The position numbers and the translations under genes were made by a program. DNA of 64,000 nt from an uncultured Planctomycetota bacterium (lineage in GTDB: Bacteria; Planctomycetota; Planctomycetia; Gemmatales; Gemmataceae). The notes beneath the pieces are model-generated. The model was given only the letters and a program-made list of their open reading frames with translations. It had not been told where the DNA came from and searched no databases. The stretch spans positions 1,024,001 to 1,088,000 of the forward strand of contig CAWKHF010000005.1 in NCBI GenBank assembly GCA_963849325.1. Reading direction: 5' to 3'. This document shows, one piece after another, positions 1 through 12,120 of the stretch (positions within the stretch are counted from its first letter, which is position 1; every line of letters starts with the position of its first letter).

Positions 1-118
1 GCTCTTCTTGGTGAAGGAAGCGTTATCTTGTTCAGGGGAATCGGCAGAAGTCAACTCTTCTCTTCCTTTTTCTGAAGTCCCTGGGCTTGGCCACAGTTTC
101 AGGGCAGAGGAGACTGGA

Positions 119-1898
119 TCAGGGCTTTCGCCGCTCGGGCGGATGATCGAGCAGATACTGCCGTAGTTCGACGAGGCGATCCGTGTTAATCAGGTCCACC
201 TCGGCTGCGAGCAATTCTTTCCACACCGCCGGCTCTTCCGGCGTGGCCCAGAAGCGGACCAGCCGGCCATGCCGGTGCGCCTTGGCGACGAACTCCTTGA
301 GCTTGGCACGCTCCGCGTCCGGCATCGGCCCCTTGCCCTTCCAGCGGAAGACCGAACCCCAGCTGGCACTGATCCACGGCAGCAAATGCGCCGGTGCATC
401 CGAATCGAGGTCGGCGGGCCGGCCGTCGATGCCGGCGTAACGCACCTTCTGGCCAGCGATCGTCTCCCGGTCGCGGTTGCCGCTGATGACCACGGTGATG
501 GCGCCCGGCTCAAACTTGCTGTTGCGTGTCGCCGACAGCATGTCGCCATAGCGAGCCAGTTGCTTGTCCACCGCGGCGTAGGTCGGCCGCGCTTCCGTCT
601 TGACGTTGATGAGCAGATAGAAGCGAGGGCCATCGCGGTAGACGCGGCCGCCGTTGGCCTGAATGCGTTCCTTCAAGGGATCCAGGTAGAGCTTCGCCAA
701 CGTCCGCTCCGGGCGGAGGTCGCGGCGCTCGTGCCCGACCAGCAATTCGTCGCCGACCAGGAAGACGTTGGCCTCGACGCTGCAAAAACCTTGCTCCAGC
801 GCGTCCAGCAACGGCCGCTTGTGCGCGTAATCGTTGTGCGCGTGCGCCTGCCGCAAGGGTGCGACGCGCGCCGCGTCCGGTTTGTCCTCCGCCGCCGGCA
901 GCGCCAGCGCCAGGGCTGTCGTCGCCCAGCTGCTGGCGGCCAGCGAGATGAACTGGTCCTTGCCGTGCGGAAAGCCGCTCTCGAAGTAGGTCTGGAACGG
1001 CTTGCTGCGCGAACGGACGTACCAGGTGCCGTCCTCCCGTTGCGCCGCCAACAAGTGCCGAATGCCCCGCCGGTAGAACGCCTCGGTCGGCGCTCGTCCG
1101 GCCGCCTGGTGCAGCGCGACCAGGGCGGTGCCCGTGGCGTAGGCGTCCGATCCCATCGTGTCCCGCTGCGCCCAGCCGCCGTCCGCACGCTGCTCCTCGA
1201 TCAATTCCTGTGCCGCGGCCTGTACCCACTCGAGGCCGGCACCCGTCTGCTGCGAGCGCCCACAGACGGAAGACACGATCCTCGGTATCGCGGGCCGGCG
1301 TCTTCGTCAGCCAGGCGCGGACGGCGGCGATGCGCGTGTCGATCCGCTTTTTCTGCTCGGCCGTGCCGAATGTTTGCAGGCCGCGCACGGCCAGGTAATT
1401 GGCGGTGAACACGCTGGCTTCCGAGGGCGGCCGGTTGGAGGTGCCGCTGCGCCAGTGATCGAGGTCGTCGTTGCGCCGCAGCAGATACTCGGCGACCGCC
1501 TCGGTGGTGCGATCCGGCTGCCAGCCACCCAACTCCAGGGTCCACAGGGCATAGCCGGCCGTGTCCACCTGCCCACCCTGGCCGCGGCCTTGCAAGTAGT
1601 TGGCCCGGTTCTTGCCGAGGAAGTCGGCGATGAAACGCAGGTGCTTCCGCACCTCCTCTTCGTCAACGGCGAACCCGCGCGATCGGGCGGTGGTCATGGC
1701 GAGGACGGGGATGGCCTGGTGATGGCAGGCGAAGCAAGTTCTCTGCGTCCTGTGGCCGGCGCTACCCTTCTGGATCAGCGGCAGCGCCCTGGCGATGGCA
1801 TCGCGGACCTCTGTCGCCGTTGGTCCCGATTCCGCGGCGAACGCCGAGTGGGACAGGCCGATCAGGAGAACGGCCCCAATCCTCGCGTATCTCGTCAT
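119..1898 (-). CDS. Secreted prenyltransferase/squalene-oxidase-repeat protein fused to a C-terminal PI-PLC/GDPD-like (AIM6-like) domain; frameshift near 1260
   Basis: ORF 510..1898 has a signal peptide, CFACHH and helical repeats. ORF 119..1276 continues with QRADGGW/QREDGTW repeats, SGFPHGKDQFIS, then AHAHNDY...GFCSVEANV...RFWATPE...DLINTD. Confidence 0.75.
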
Positions 1899-2133
1899 GG
1901 CAGGCCCTGCGGGTTCCGTCTAGGTTGCGATTTCCGCCGTGGCCTTCCGACCGCGAGCCGGGGTTGGCCAAGCAGGGACGCACGTGCGACCCCAGGGTAT
2001 CATCCCGCGCCGGTGGATCGACCGCAAGCGTTCGGTTACTCGGTTGCCATCGAGGGTTGCGTGCGCCGCTTGGGGGCGTGGGGAATTGGTTTCGTTGCCC
2101 AGCCCTTCGGCACTGGGAAGAAGGACGGGAACG

Positions 2134-3227
2134 TCAGTCCGTTGAGGAGGGCAGAGGTCCGAAGGCGACAACCGCCGTGTTGTTGGCGCGGACCTGGACC
2201 TGTTTCGTCTGCTCGACCGCGCGTCCGTCTTGCAGCCAGCGCCTTGACCTGGTAGGTATAGGTCTTGCCCACGATCAGCTCCGGGGAAGCGAAATCGCGT
2301 TCGGCGCCCGTCGGCGTCGTGAGCTGGCCGTTGACCCACAGCTCGGCATCCGCGGGCAGGCGGACGTGGACGCGCGCCTTGTTGTCGGCGGTGGCGCCAT
2401 CGTGCGGTAGAGGACTTGGCTGACGTCAGCGGCAGGCGCCGCCGCGCGGGGTTCCGGGCGTAGTAGTCCACGTAGCGCGAGCGCGGTCCCGAGACGACGG
2501 CAGCGGTCCCCGAGGACCGCGCCGATCCACCCGTGCGCGCGTAGTAGTCCACGTAACGCAAGTTCAAGCTGAGGCTATCGGGAACGGGAGGCGGAGCGCC
2601 GTTGGATTTGGCGGGCGTGCCGCCGGTCCCACCCGACGCGGGAGGGGAGCCGGCGGGAACAGCGGGAGAGAGGATGCAACAGCCGCAACCGGAGGAGAAG
2701 CCGCCATAGCCCATACCCCCATAACCCATACCACCGTAGCCCATACCGCCATAACCCATACCGCCGTAGCCCATCCCACCGTAGCCCATGCCGCCGTAAC
2801 CCATACCCCCATAACCCATGCCGCCGTAACCGAGGCCACCCAGGCCATAACCACCCCGGCCGAAGCCGCCATAGCCCAACCCGCCGTAACCCAGACCACC
2901 CAGTCCATAACCGCCCAGGCCAAAGCCGCCGTAGCCCAGTCCACCATAACCGAGACCACCCAGACCATATCCACCCAGGCCGAAACCGCCGTAGCCCAAT
3001 CCGCCATAACCGAAGCCGCCGTAACCAAACCCCCTGTAGCCGTAGCCACCGTACCCGAAGCCGTGAAAGCCGCCGCCGTAACCATGGCCACCACCATAGC
3101 CGTAGCCGTGGTGCCCTCCGTAACCGCCTCCGTGACCGCCGCCGTGGCCGCCGCCGCCGTGGCCCAAGGCCGGCAACGCCGACGTCAGAATGGCCGCCAG
3201 AGAGAGCGCGACATGGGACCGTGACAT
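2134..3227 (-). CDS. TIGR03000 domain protein with long Gly/Tyr-rich N-terminal repeat region; frameshifted
   Basis: Starts MSRSHVALSLAAIL (signal peptide), then GGxGY repeats. C-terminus across frames reads ARVHVRLPADAELWVNG...F.SPEL..GKTYTYQVKA.W. Confidence 0.75.
2700..3160 (-). repeat. Coding 15-bp tandem repeat encoding GG(M/L/F)GY
   Basis: Repeated ccgccgtaacccata-like units; translation gives GGMGY in tandem preceded by GGLGY/GGFGL units. Confidence 0.9.
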
Positions 3228-3444
3228 GGATTTCCTCCCGAACAGCGATCGGAGCGGAGGCATTCGGAAGTGACCGGGAAGACGGACCTCGCTTCCCTGC
3301 GGAGCATGACCCGGAACACGGCCGAGGACCATTTGCCCCAGAAACCCGTCTCTCTATATCTACAACGAGCATCATTGACACAATCGGCAAATTTTCCCTT
3401 GTCGCCGTGGATTTCGCCATCGGCAGCCCTCTTCTTCGTCATAA

Positions 3445-3533
3445 AAGGCACGAACCGAATGTGGCGGCACGTTTGTAACGTGCCGTACAATCCAACACGT
3501 TGAAAACGTGTTGCCACATTTTGGTAGAGCCTC
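3445..3533. mobile_element. 89-bp MITE-like element, copy 1 (TAA target duplication)
   Basis: Identical except for the first base to 45875..45963. Ends (A/G)AGGC...GCCTC, flanked by TAA on both sides, two internal hairpins. Confidence 0.8.
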
Positions 3534-3698
3534 TAAACCGTCAAAGATGTCTCCCGGCTCGCCTCCACGTCTATCTTGACCGGCCATGCGCTTTTCCCTA
3601 CAGGGAGTCCCGGCTGCCTACGCCACCGGCGGGTAGGACGCCCGCGCTCCGGAGCAGGACGATACCCTTTCGTTCCCTTCGCGTTGAGGAAAGTCGTG

Positions 3699-6268
3699 AT
3701 GCGTGACGAGACCCGGCGGCGCGTCGGGAGGCTGGCCTCTTCGCTTTTCATGGTCCTCGTCGCCGGTATGGCGATGACGAGTGTGTTCTTGCTGAGCTAC
3801 TCGTATCTCTCCTGGTCCGGGGCGTTCAACTCGGACAACCTGCTTTGCAGCGCCCTCTGCGACGACCTGCGGCACGGGCGCGACGTGAGAGAGTGGCACC
3901 TGCCGGGGGCACCTTACCTCTTTCCAGACGTGCTGCTGCTGACGTTCTGCCAGGCACTGACGCCGCACGTCGTCGCCGAGTTTGTGGCCTATTGTTTCGT
4001 CCTGCATCTCTCGCTGTTCGGCGTCCTCGCCTGGCTGGGGCAGTTGACCGGCCTCGTGCGCGGCGCAGCGCTGACGGCGGCCGGCTGCGGCGCGATCCTG
4101 CTCGCCACGATCCATCTCGACCCTTACGCCCTCGGCCGGGCCTGCCTCCTCGTTCACCCCGGCGGCCATGTCGGCGCCATCCTGATCGGGCTGTTGCTGT
4201 TGGCGCTGACCGTCCGCTCGCTGCGGCAGGGCTTATCTCGAACCGTTGTCGCCGTGCTCGTCCTGGCCGGTGGGCTGGGGGCATTCTCGGATCGGTTGCT
4301 GCTGTCGCAATTGCTGGCGCCGCTGGCCCTGGCCCTGATCGTGTTGGCGGCGCGGCGCGTGGTCGGCGTCCGACAGGCGGCCGCCCGGCTCGGGCTGCTG
4401 GCGGCCGTGGTCCTGCTCGCGTTCGGACTCCGTTTCACGCTTCGGCGATTGGGCTTTCACCTCCTGACGGTGGAAAACGAGTTCGCGCGGCCGACGCTGT
4501 CCGACCTGCCGTTGTTGCTGCGCAGCCTGTATCCGTTCGTGGAGCATGAATATGTGCTCGCCGCGCTCGTTCCGCTGCATCTGCTCGTCGGCGTGACGGT
4601 GCTGTGGGCCTGGTTTCGGCGATCCCCGGACCCGGATCGCATCGGAGTGCTGCTGGCGACGCTGACGGTCGTTCTGTCGCCCCTGTGTACCCTGGGTGCG
4701 GTGTGGATCATGGGCGTGGCCCGACATCCGGCGATGGGCCGTTACGTCCTGTCGTGCTGGTTCCTTCCTTGTCTGCTTCTGCCCCTGCTGATGGCCTGGC
4801 TGCCCCGAGGTGTCGCGCGGATGGGTGGTGCGCTGCTGCAGCTCGGCGTGGTGTTGTTCGCCGTGCGGCAGGCGGCCGTGCTGGCCCCGCACATCGACAG
4901 GGACAAGTTCAAGCGGCCGTATCCGCCGCTGGCGCAGGCGCTGGACCGGCTGGCACGCGAGCGCGGCCCTTTGCGCGGCCTGGCGGGTTACTGGCTGGCG
5001 CGATCCACGAACTGGTGTACCCGCGAGGATGTGGTTATCAATCCGCTGCTGCTGGGTGAGCCGTGGTTTCATGCCTGCAACCCCGCTCGCTTCGTACCCG
5101 ACGGCGCCGACGATGTTCGCGCCGCGGATTATCAGTTCCTCATCGTTCGGCCGGGCGATCCAAACAGTCCGGTGCCGGCCGTCCTCGCCCTGCAGTTTGG
5201 GACGCCAGCCAAGAAGATCGTGGTCGGGCCGGAGGAGATTCTGGCTGTACGACTCGCTGCGGACGTCGCCGTTCGATCGCTTCTTGCGCAGCCGCTTCGC
5301 CAAGCCACTGCGCGGCCGACGCCCCTACGTCGGACCCGTGGAGCCGGCCTGTCTGTCCCGGCCCAAGGCGAACCTATCTCCGGTCAGCGCACGTGGCAAC
5401 GTCGTGCTTGAAGCCGATCGGCCATTGGAGGTGCGCTTCGCCGGGCCGATCGCCGGCCGTCTCCTCGACGTCGGCGCCAGCTACGATGCCTGGCTGGATC
5501 TAGATTTCTACCAGGGCGACGAACGGCTGGCGGGCGTTCTCGTTCCCTCGGTGCCGTGGACCGGCGCCTGCTACGACCATCCCGGCATCCAGTCGCGTCT
5601 GCTGCCCCTGCCGGCCGTGCTGCGCGAGCGGACGTGGGACCGCGTCGTCGTCCGTCTCCGCCAGGGGAGCGACAAGACTCGGTTGGCGCACCTGCTCGTC
5701 TTCGCCGAGGGGGTGCCGGGCCTGGAAGAGACGAAGCCGGCCCCGTCGCCGGCGCGTGTGCGGTTGGAGGGAGAATCGATGCTGCCCCTCGTTGCGGGTA
5801 CGTCCCTGGCCGACGAGGCGGACGCGACGGCCAGCGGCGGCCTCGTTCGCCGCGGCCGGCCGGCTTCGCCGGCCCGTTCGCCTTCACGCCTGACCTGACC
5901 TTGCCGCCCGGCCGTTATCGTCTCCGCTGGGCCGTGCGGGTCGGCGACAACACGCGGGCCGATGAGGTGGTCCGATTGCGTGCCTGGTCCTATCTTCCGG
6001 CGGCGACGCTGGCCGAGCAGCCTTTGCACGGCACGGATTTCTCTCCGGGCAAGACCTTTCTTGTCCACGAAATGACGTTGGACATCGCCGAGGGGACGGA
6101 GAAAGTCGTGTTCGGCGCGGTCGCCTCCGGGAAAACGCCGGTCGCCGTGGATTATCTCGAATTAACCACGGATGACAGACAAGCCGAGCCGCGAGCGTCA
6201 GCGAGCGAACTGCTCCGCTCGCTGACGCTCGCGGCTCGGCTTGTCTGTTATCCGTGTAATCCGTGGTT
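3699..6268 (+). CDS. Polytopic membrane protein with extracytoplasmic C-terminal beta domains (possible GT-C-type glycosyltransferase); frameshifts near 5240 and 5860; 3' end uncertain
   Basis: ORFs 3576..5411, 4810..5898 and 5556..6422 chain together. About 11-12 hydrophobic segments, NSD motif after TM1, W.LPGAPYLFPD, C-terminal LPPGRYRLRW...VDYLEL. Confidence 0.6.
6164..6268. repeat. Nested palindrome: ACCACGGAT-arm element enclosing a GAGCCGCGAGCGTCAGCGAGCG hairpin
   Basis: aaccacggat...atccgtggtt outer arms with an inner near-perfect inverted repeat, between convergent genes. Confidence 0.8.
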
Positions 6269-6586
6269 CATTCTTTCGAGCGAAACGCGCCAGCGTCGCG
6301 TCACCACCTCGCCCGGCCGGCCACCGGGGCGGACCTCGACGACCTCGTCGCCCGCTTCGGCGCCGAAGCCGTTGACCAGCGCCTGCGTCGGCGATTCCTC
6401 GCGGGGCAATTCATCGCGATAGACGATGAAGACGCCGTCGCGTCCGCCGGCGGCGTCGCCGAGTACGTCGGCCAGGTCCGTCCGCTGTCCGCTGTCCCAG
6501 TCCAGGCCGGGAAAGAGATCCTGCAAGAAGGCGGCGAAGCGGTCGCCGACAAAAGGGCGCGGCGGCATCAGGTAGAAAATCGACAT
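6248..6586 (-). CDS. Small hypothetical protein
   Basis: MSIFYLMPPRP...FPGLDW...FGAEAGDEVVEV; host-like codon usage. Confidence 0.65.
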   Translation of the reverse strand: MSIFYLMPPRPFVGDRFAAFLQDLFPGLDWDSGQRTDLADVLGDAAGGRDGVFIVYRDELPREESPTQALVNGFGAEAGDEVVEVRPGGRPGEVVTRRWRVSLERMNHGLHG

Positions 6587-6807
6587 GGTGAGCATCCCTG
6601 CAACCGAGAGTCCGGGATCTTCCTTCGGTTCTCCGGAAATCCCCGCTTGCCCCGACCGTGGCCTCCGCGACGCGAAACCGCCGGTGGAGTGCTGCGCGGA
6701 CGGCACAACCGGCAGAGGAGGAGCGTCGGCGGCTTCTGCTCTTGTTCAGGGCACGGCGGATCGTTATAGGGTTATCCGAAGTCGCACCGGGACGGAAATC
6801 GTCATCC

Positions 6808-6836
6808 TTGACGGGTTTTGGCGGGTGGGTTATCGT
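6808..6836 (+). promoter_or_regulatory. Candidate sigma70 promoter for the dksA-like/lspA operon
   Basis: TTGACG-N17-TATCGT about 50 bp upstream of ATG 6889. Confidence 0.55.
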
Positions 6837-6888
6837 AAAACATGCTGCCTGCGGGACAGTGTCGTCAGGCCCACACCTTGAGGAAACG

Positions 6889-7263
6889 ATGACCAAGGCC
6901 GATCTGGAGACCTATCGCGAAACGCTGTTGGCCCTGCGTAATCGCCTGACCGGCGACGTATCGCACCTCGCCGACGAAGCGCTGCGGCGCGCGGCGGCGA
7001 AGCCAGCGGCAGCCTGTCCAACGCGCCCTTGCACATGGCCGACCTCGGCACCGACAACTTCGAGCAAGAGTTCACCCTCAGCCTGCTGCAAAACCAGGAG
7101 CAGGCGCTGGGCGAGATCACCGAGGCGCTGGAGCGCATTCGCCGCGGCACGTTCGGCTGCTGCGAGGAGTGCCAGGAAGCCATCTCCAAGGCCCGCCTGC
7201 AGCGCCTTGCCTTATACCCGTCACTGCGTCGCGTGTGCACGGAAGCTCCAACAAAGTTCCTGA
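6889..7263 (+). CDS. TraR/DksA family zinc-finger regulator (frameshifted)
   Basis: MTKADLETYRETLLALR...HMADLGTD...ALERIRRGTFGCCEEC...ALPYTRHCVAC across frames. Confidence 0.85.
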   Translation: MTKADLETYRETLLALRNRLTGDVSHLADEALRRAAAKPAAACPTRPCTWPTSAPTTSSKSSPSACCKTRSRRWARSPRRWSAFAAARSAAARSARKPSPRPACSALPYTRHCVACARKLQQSS

Positions 7264-7271
7264 AGAGACCC

Positions 7272-7943
7272 ATGCCAGAACGATCTTATCGCGTGCTGTT
7301 GTGGGCCTTGGCCCTCGTCGGCCTGGCCCTGGATCAATCCAGCAAGTACGGCGTCTTCGCCTGGTTGGCCGAGAAGCCCGAACACGAATACGTCCTGTTC
7401 CGCACGGACAACGGCGGCTTCCAGCTCGTCGCCCAGTTCGAGCGCGACAGCCTCGGCGTGGAGGCTCTCGATGCCGCCGGCCAACGAGTCCCGCACGTCA
7501 ACCAGGGCGCGTTGTTCGGTTTCCTGCGCGATCACAAGGCGCTGGCCAACGGCGGTTTCGCGCTGATTAGCCTGCTGGCGGCGGCGGCCATCGTCTACTG
7601 GAGCACGCATCGCACCACGGCCCGCGATCGCTGGTTGTGCTCCGCGCTGGGCCTGATCCTGGCCGGCACGCTCGGCAACTTCTACGACCGCGTCGTCTTC
7701 AACGGCGTCCGCGATTTCTTGCACTGGAACTACCTGTTCGATTGGCCGGTCTTCAACGTCGCCGACTGCTGCCTGGTGTGCGGCGCCTTCCTGCTACTGA
7801 TCCAGGCGTTCGCCACCCAGCCGGCGAAGGACGAACCAATCTCCAGATCTATCACCACGGAAAACACGGAAAGCACGGAAAAAGACAAAGACCGTAAAGG
7901 TGGATTCATGGCCAGCATGGTTCGAGACGGTTCTCGTCCATGA
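7272..7943 (+). CDS. lspA: Lipoprotein signal peptidase II
   Basis: DQSSK, NQGALFG, GTLGNFYDR, VRDF and WPVFNVAD motifs. Confidence 0.92.
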   Translation: MPERSYRVLLWALALVGLALDQSSKYGVFAWLAEKPEHEYVLFRTDNGGFQLVAQFERDSLGVEALDAAGQRVPHVNQGALFGFLRDHKALANGGFALISLLAAAAIVYWSTHRTTARDRWLCSALGLILAGTLGNFYDRVVFNGVRDFLHWNYLFDWPVFNVADCCLVCGAFLLLIQAFATQPAKDEPISRSITTENTESTEKDKDRKGGFMASMVRDGSRP

Positions 7944-8000
7944 CCCTTCTCGCTCTTGCGTTTTGTCTTTTTTCCGTTCTTTCCGTGTTTTCCGTGGTGA
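7851..8000. repeat. Family C palindromic element (9-mer ACACGGAAA arms)
   Basis: tcaccacggaaaacacggaaagcacggaaaaagac...gtcttttttccgttctttccgtgttttccgtggtga; related copies at 9858 and 62641. Confidence 0.85.
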
Positions 8001-8021
8001 AAGGTCTCCCAGGAGAGCAAC

Positions 8022-9851
<1,830 letters not shown>

Positions 9852-9857
9852 AGACAT

Positions 9858-10005
9858 TTCACCACAGAAAACACGGAAAACACGGAAAAAAGACAAAGAC
9901 CAATAACGAGAAGGGTTATGGGCCTCATCTACCACCAACCAGTCCCTTCTGTTACGTCTTTTTTGTCTTGGTCTTTTTTCCGTGTTTTCCGTGTTTTCCG
10001 TGGTG
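9858..10005. repeat. Family C palindromic element between convergent genes
   Basis: ttcaccacagaaaacacggaaaacacggaaaaaagac...ttttttccgtgttttccgtgttttccgtggtgaa. Confidence 0.85.
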
Positions 10006-10014
10006 AATGGTTTT

Positions 10015-11143
10015 TCAATAGCCGATCTGCCGGCAGGTCTCGACCCAGACGCGCATCGCCGTCGCCATGCGGCCGAAGAACGCCTTCATTTCGCCGGCCA
10101 TCTTCTTGTGCGGCCATTCGGCCCGTTCGAGGTGATCGGCCAACTCCGCGTAGCAATCGCAGTAGGTGCTGCCGGTCAATTGCCAGCTCCGCAGCATGTC
10201 CGCCAGCGGATCGGTCAGCACCACGGACCAGAACTCCAGCTCCAGGTCGTGCAGCAGCTTGTGAGCGTTGCGGCGATGATCGCAGGCCGGAGCGCCGAAG
10301 GTGATGCGATCATTGAGGTGATCGATCAGCTTCTTGGCGAAGAAACCGGCCCAGATGTCGCCGTAGCGCTCGACCGGCAGACCGCTGATCGGTTCGCCGA
10401 CCGGCACGAAATAGAAGCCCGGCACGACGTCGCGGTGGAAGGCCGTGTTCTGCGTGTTGATCGGCGCCCAGGTTCCCGGGGCCAGCATGACGCGCTCCTT
10501 GCGCACCGAGACGCCGCGCGCCGGCACACTGAGGCGCGTCAGCGAATCCACGTCCGGGTCGTTCAACCACAGGCCGCCGTTGAGGACGACACGCCCAATG
10601 GTGGTCTCGTAAGTCTCTTTATTCGGCTGCCAGCGCTTGTTGTACGGGTAGCCGCGCGCGTAGACCGTGCAGTGCGGCTCGTACTCCATCAGCTGGCAGG
10701 GATTGAACCAGCCATTGGCGCAGGACACGGTGTCCAGCCGCTGCGTCTGCCGACGTGGGCGTGGCCGGCGTACCAGTCGTCGTCGCATGACGAAGTTGTC
10801 GTCATCGACGGCGACGAGGATGTCGGCCCCTTTCTCGACCGCCATCAGGTAGCCGATGTTGCGGCGATTGTCGGAGTTGTAGGGGATGAGCGGCTTCATG
10901 CGCGGGAAGCGTTCGAGGTACTGTTCCTGGGCCGGGAGATCGAGATACAGGCAGTCGAAACCCCGGCCGCGCAGGTCGGAGGCCAGCTTGGCGGACGGCG
11001 TCGTGCGGCGTCTTTTTGTCGCCGACGATGAGGGCGCTGGTGTGCTCCAGATGGCCGTGTTTCTCGAAGTTGGCGGCGTATTCTTCCAGCAACGTCGGCA
11101 CGTTGATGGTCGTGACGACCAGCGTCATGTGGGGAGTGGTCAT
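10015..11143 (-). CDS. RGP / UDP-arabinopyranose mutase (GT75)- or STELLO-like protein; frameshifted
   Basis: VVTTIN, VGDKKTP, RRNIGYL, VDDDNF, ARGYPY, GLWLNDPDVD, NTQNTAF, RYGDIWAG, H.RN.H motifs resemble plant RGP/STELLO signatures. Confidence 0.75.
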
Positions 11144-12021
11144 GCGGCTCCGTGGAGGTTAGAGCTGGGGATCAGCCGGTGAATGATGTCCTCGGTGCGC
11201 ACCGAGGGTTGATAGCCGAGCACGCTCTGCGCTCGGTCGATGCGCGTGTACAGACTGAAGGATTGCTCCGAGGCCGGGCCGTGGACGCGCCGGCCGCGGC
11301 CGGTGACGCGCATCACCAGGTCGGCCAGATCGACCATGCGGAACGACTCGCCGGAGCTGACGTTGAAGACCTCGTGCGTGCCGGCCGAGGCGCGGCCGAG
11401 ACGATCGACGGCCAGTCGCACGGCGCGGGCCACGTCGAGCGGATGCACGAAATCGCGGCGATGATGGCCGTCGCCGAACAGGACGATGTTGTCGCCGCGC
11501 AGCACCGTGGCGACGAAATCGCCGACGGCGTGCGGCTCCTTGTAGTTCTCGCCGACCACGAGCGTTGGCCGCACGACGGTGACGCTCAGGCCGAAGTTTT
11601 CGGCAGTAATTGCGGGCGGCGAACTCGGCGGCGACCTTGCTGACCGCGTAGGGATGCCGCGGAGCGAAGGGCGAATCCTCATCGCGGGCCTCGTCGCCGG
11701 AGCCGTGGACGGTCAGGCTGGAGGCGAGCAGGAAGCGCGGCACGCCGGCGCGACGGCAGGCTTCCAGGACGTTGACGGCCCCCTGAGCGTTGACGGCGAA
11801 AAACTCGGGCGGTCGTTCGCGGCTCGGTTCGGCGCCGCACAGGGCGGCCAGATGAATGACGACGTCGGGCCGCGAGGCGGCCAGCGCGGCGCAGACACGC
11901 GTCGAAGTCCGTCACGTCCATGCTGTCGCGGTCGGAGACTTCGACCTCGTGTGCCTCCCGCAACAGCGGCACGATCCAGCGAGCCGAGGAAACCGTGGCC
12001 GCCGGTGATGTGGATTTTCAT
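11140..12021 (-). CDS. NAD-dependent epimerase/dehydratase (extended SDR); frameshifted
   Basis: ITGGHGFLGS, PYAVSK (YxxxK), GDG...RDFVH. Confidence 0.82.
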
Positions 12022-12043
12022 GTGTTGGTTCCAGGAACACCTT

Positions 12044-12099
12044 TCGTTTCGCCGCGACGCGCAGCGAGCGCGCGTCCGCTGCGCGTCGCGGCGAAACGA
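12044..12099. repeat. REP-like family A palindrome
   Basis: tcgtttcgccgcgacgcgcagcg...cgctgcgcgtcgcggcgaaacga. Confidence 0.85.
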
Positions 12100-12120
12100 G
12101 GAACTTGTTGTTGGGCAGAA

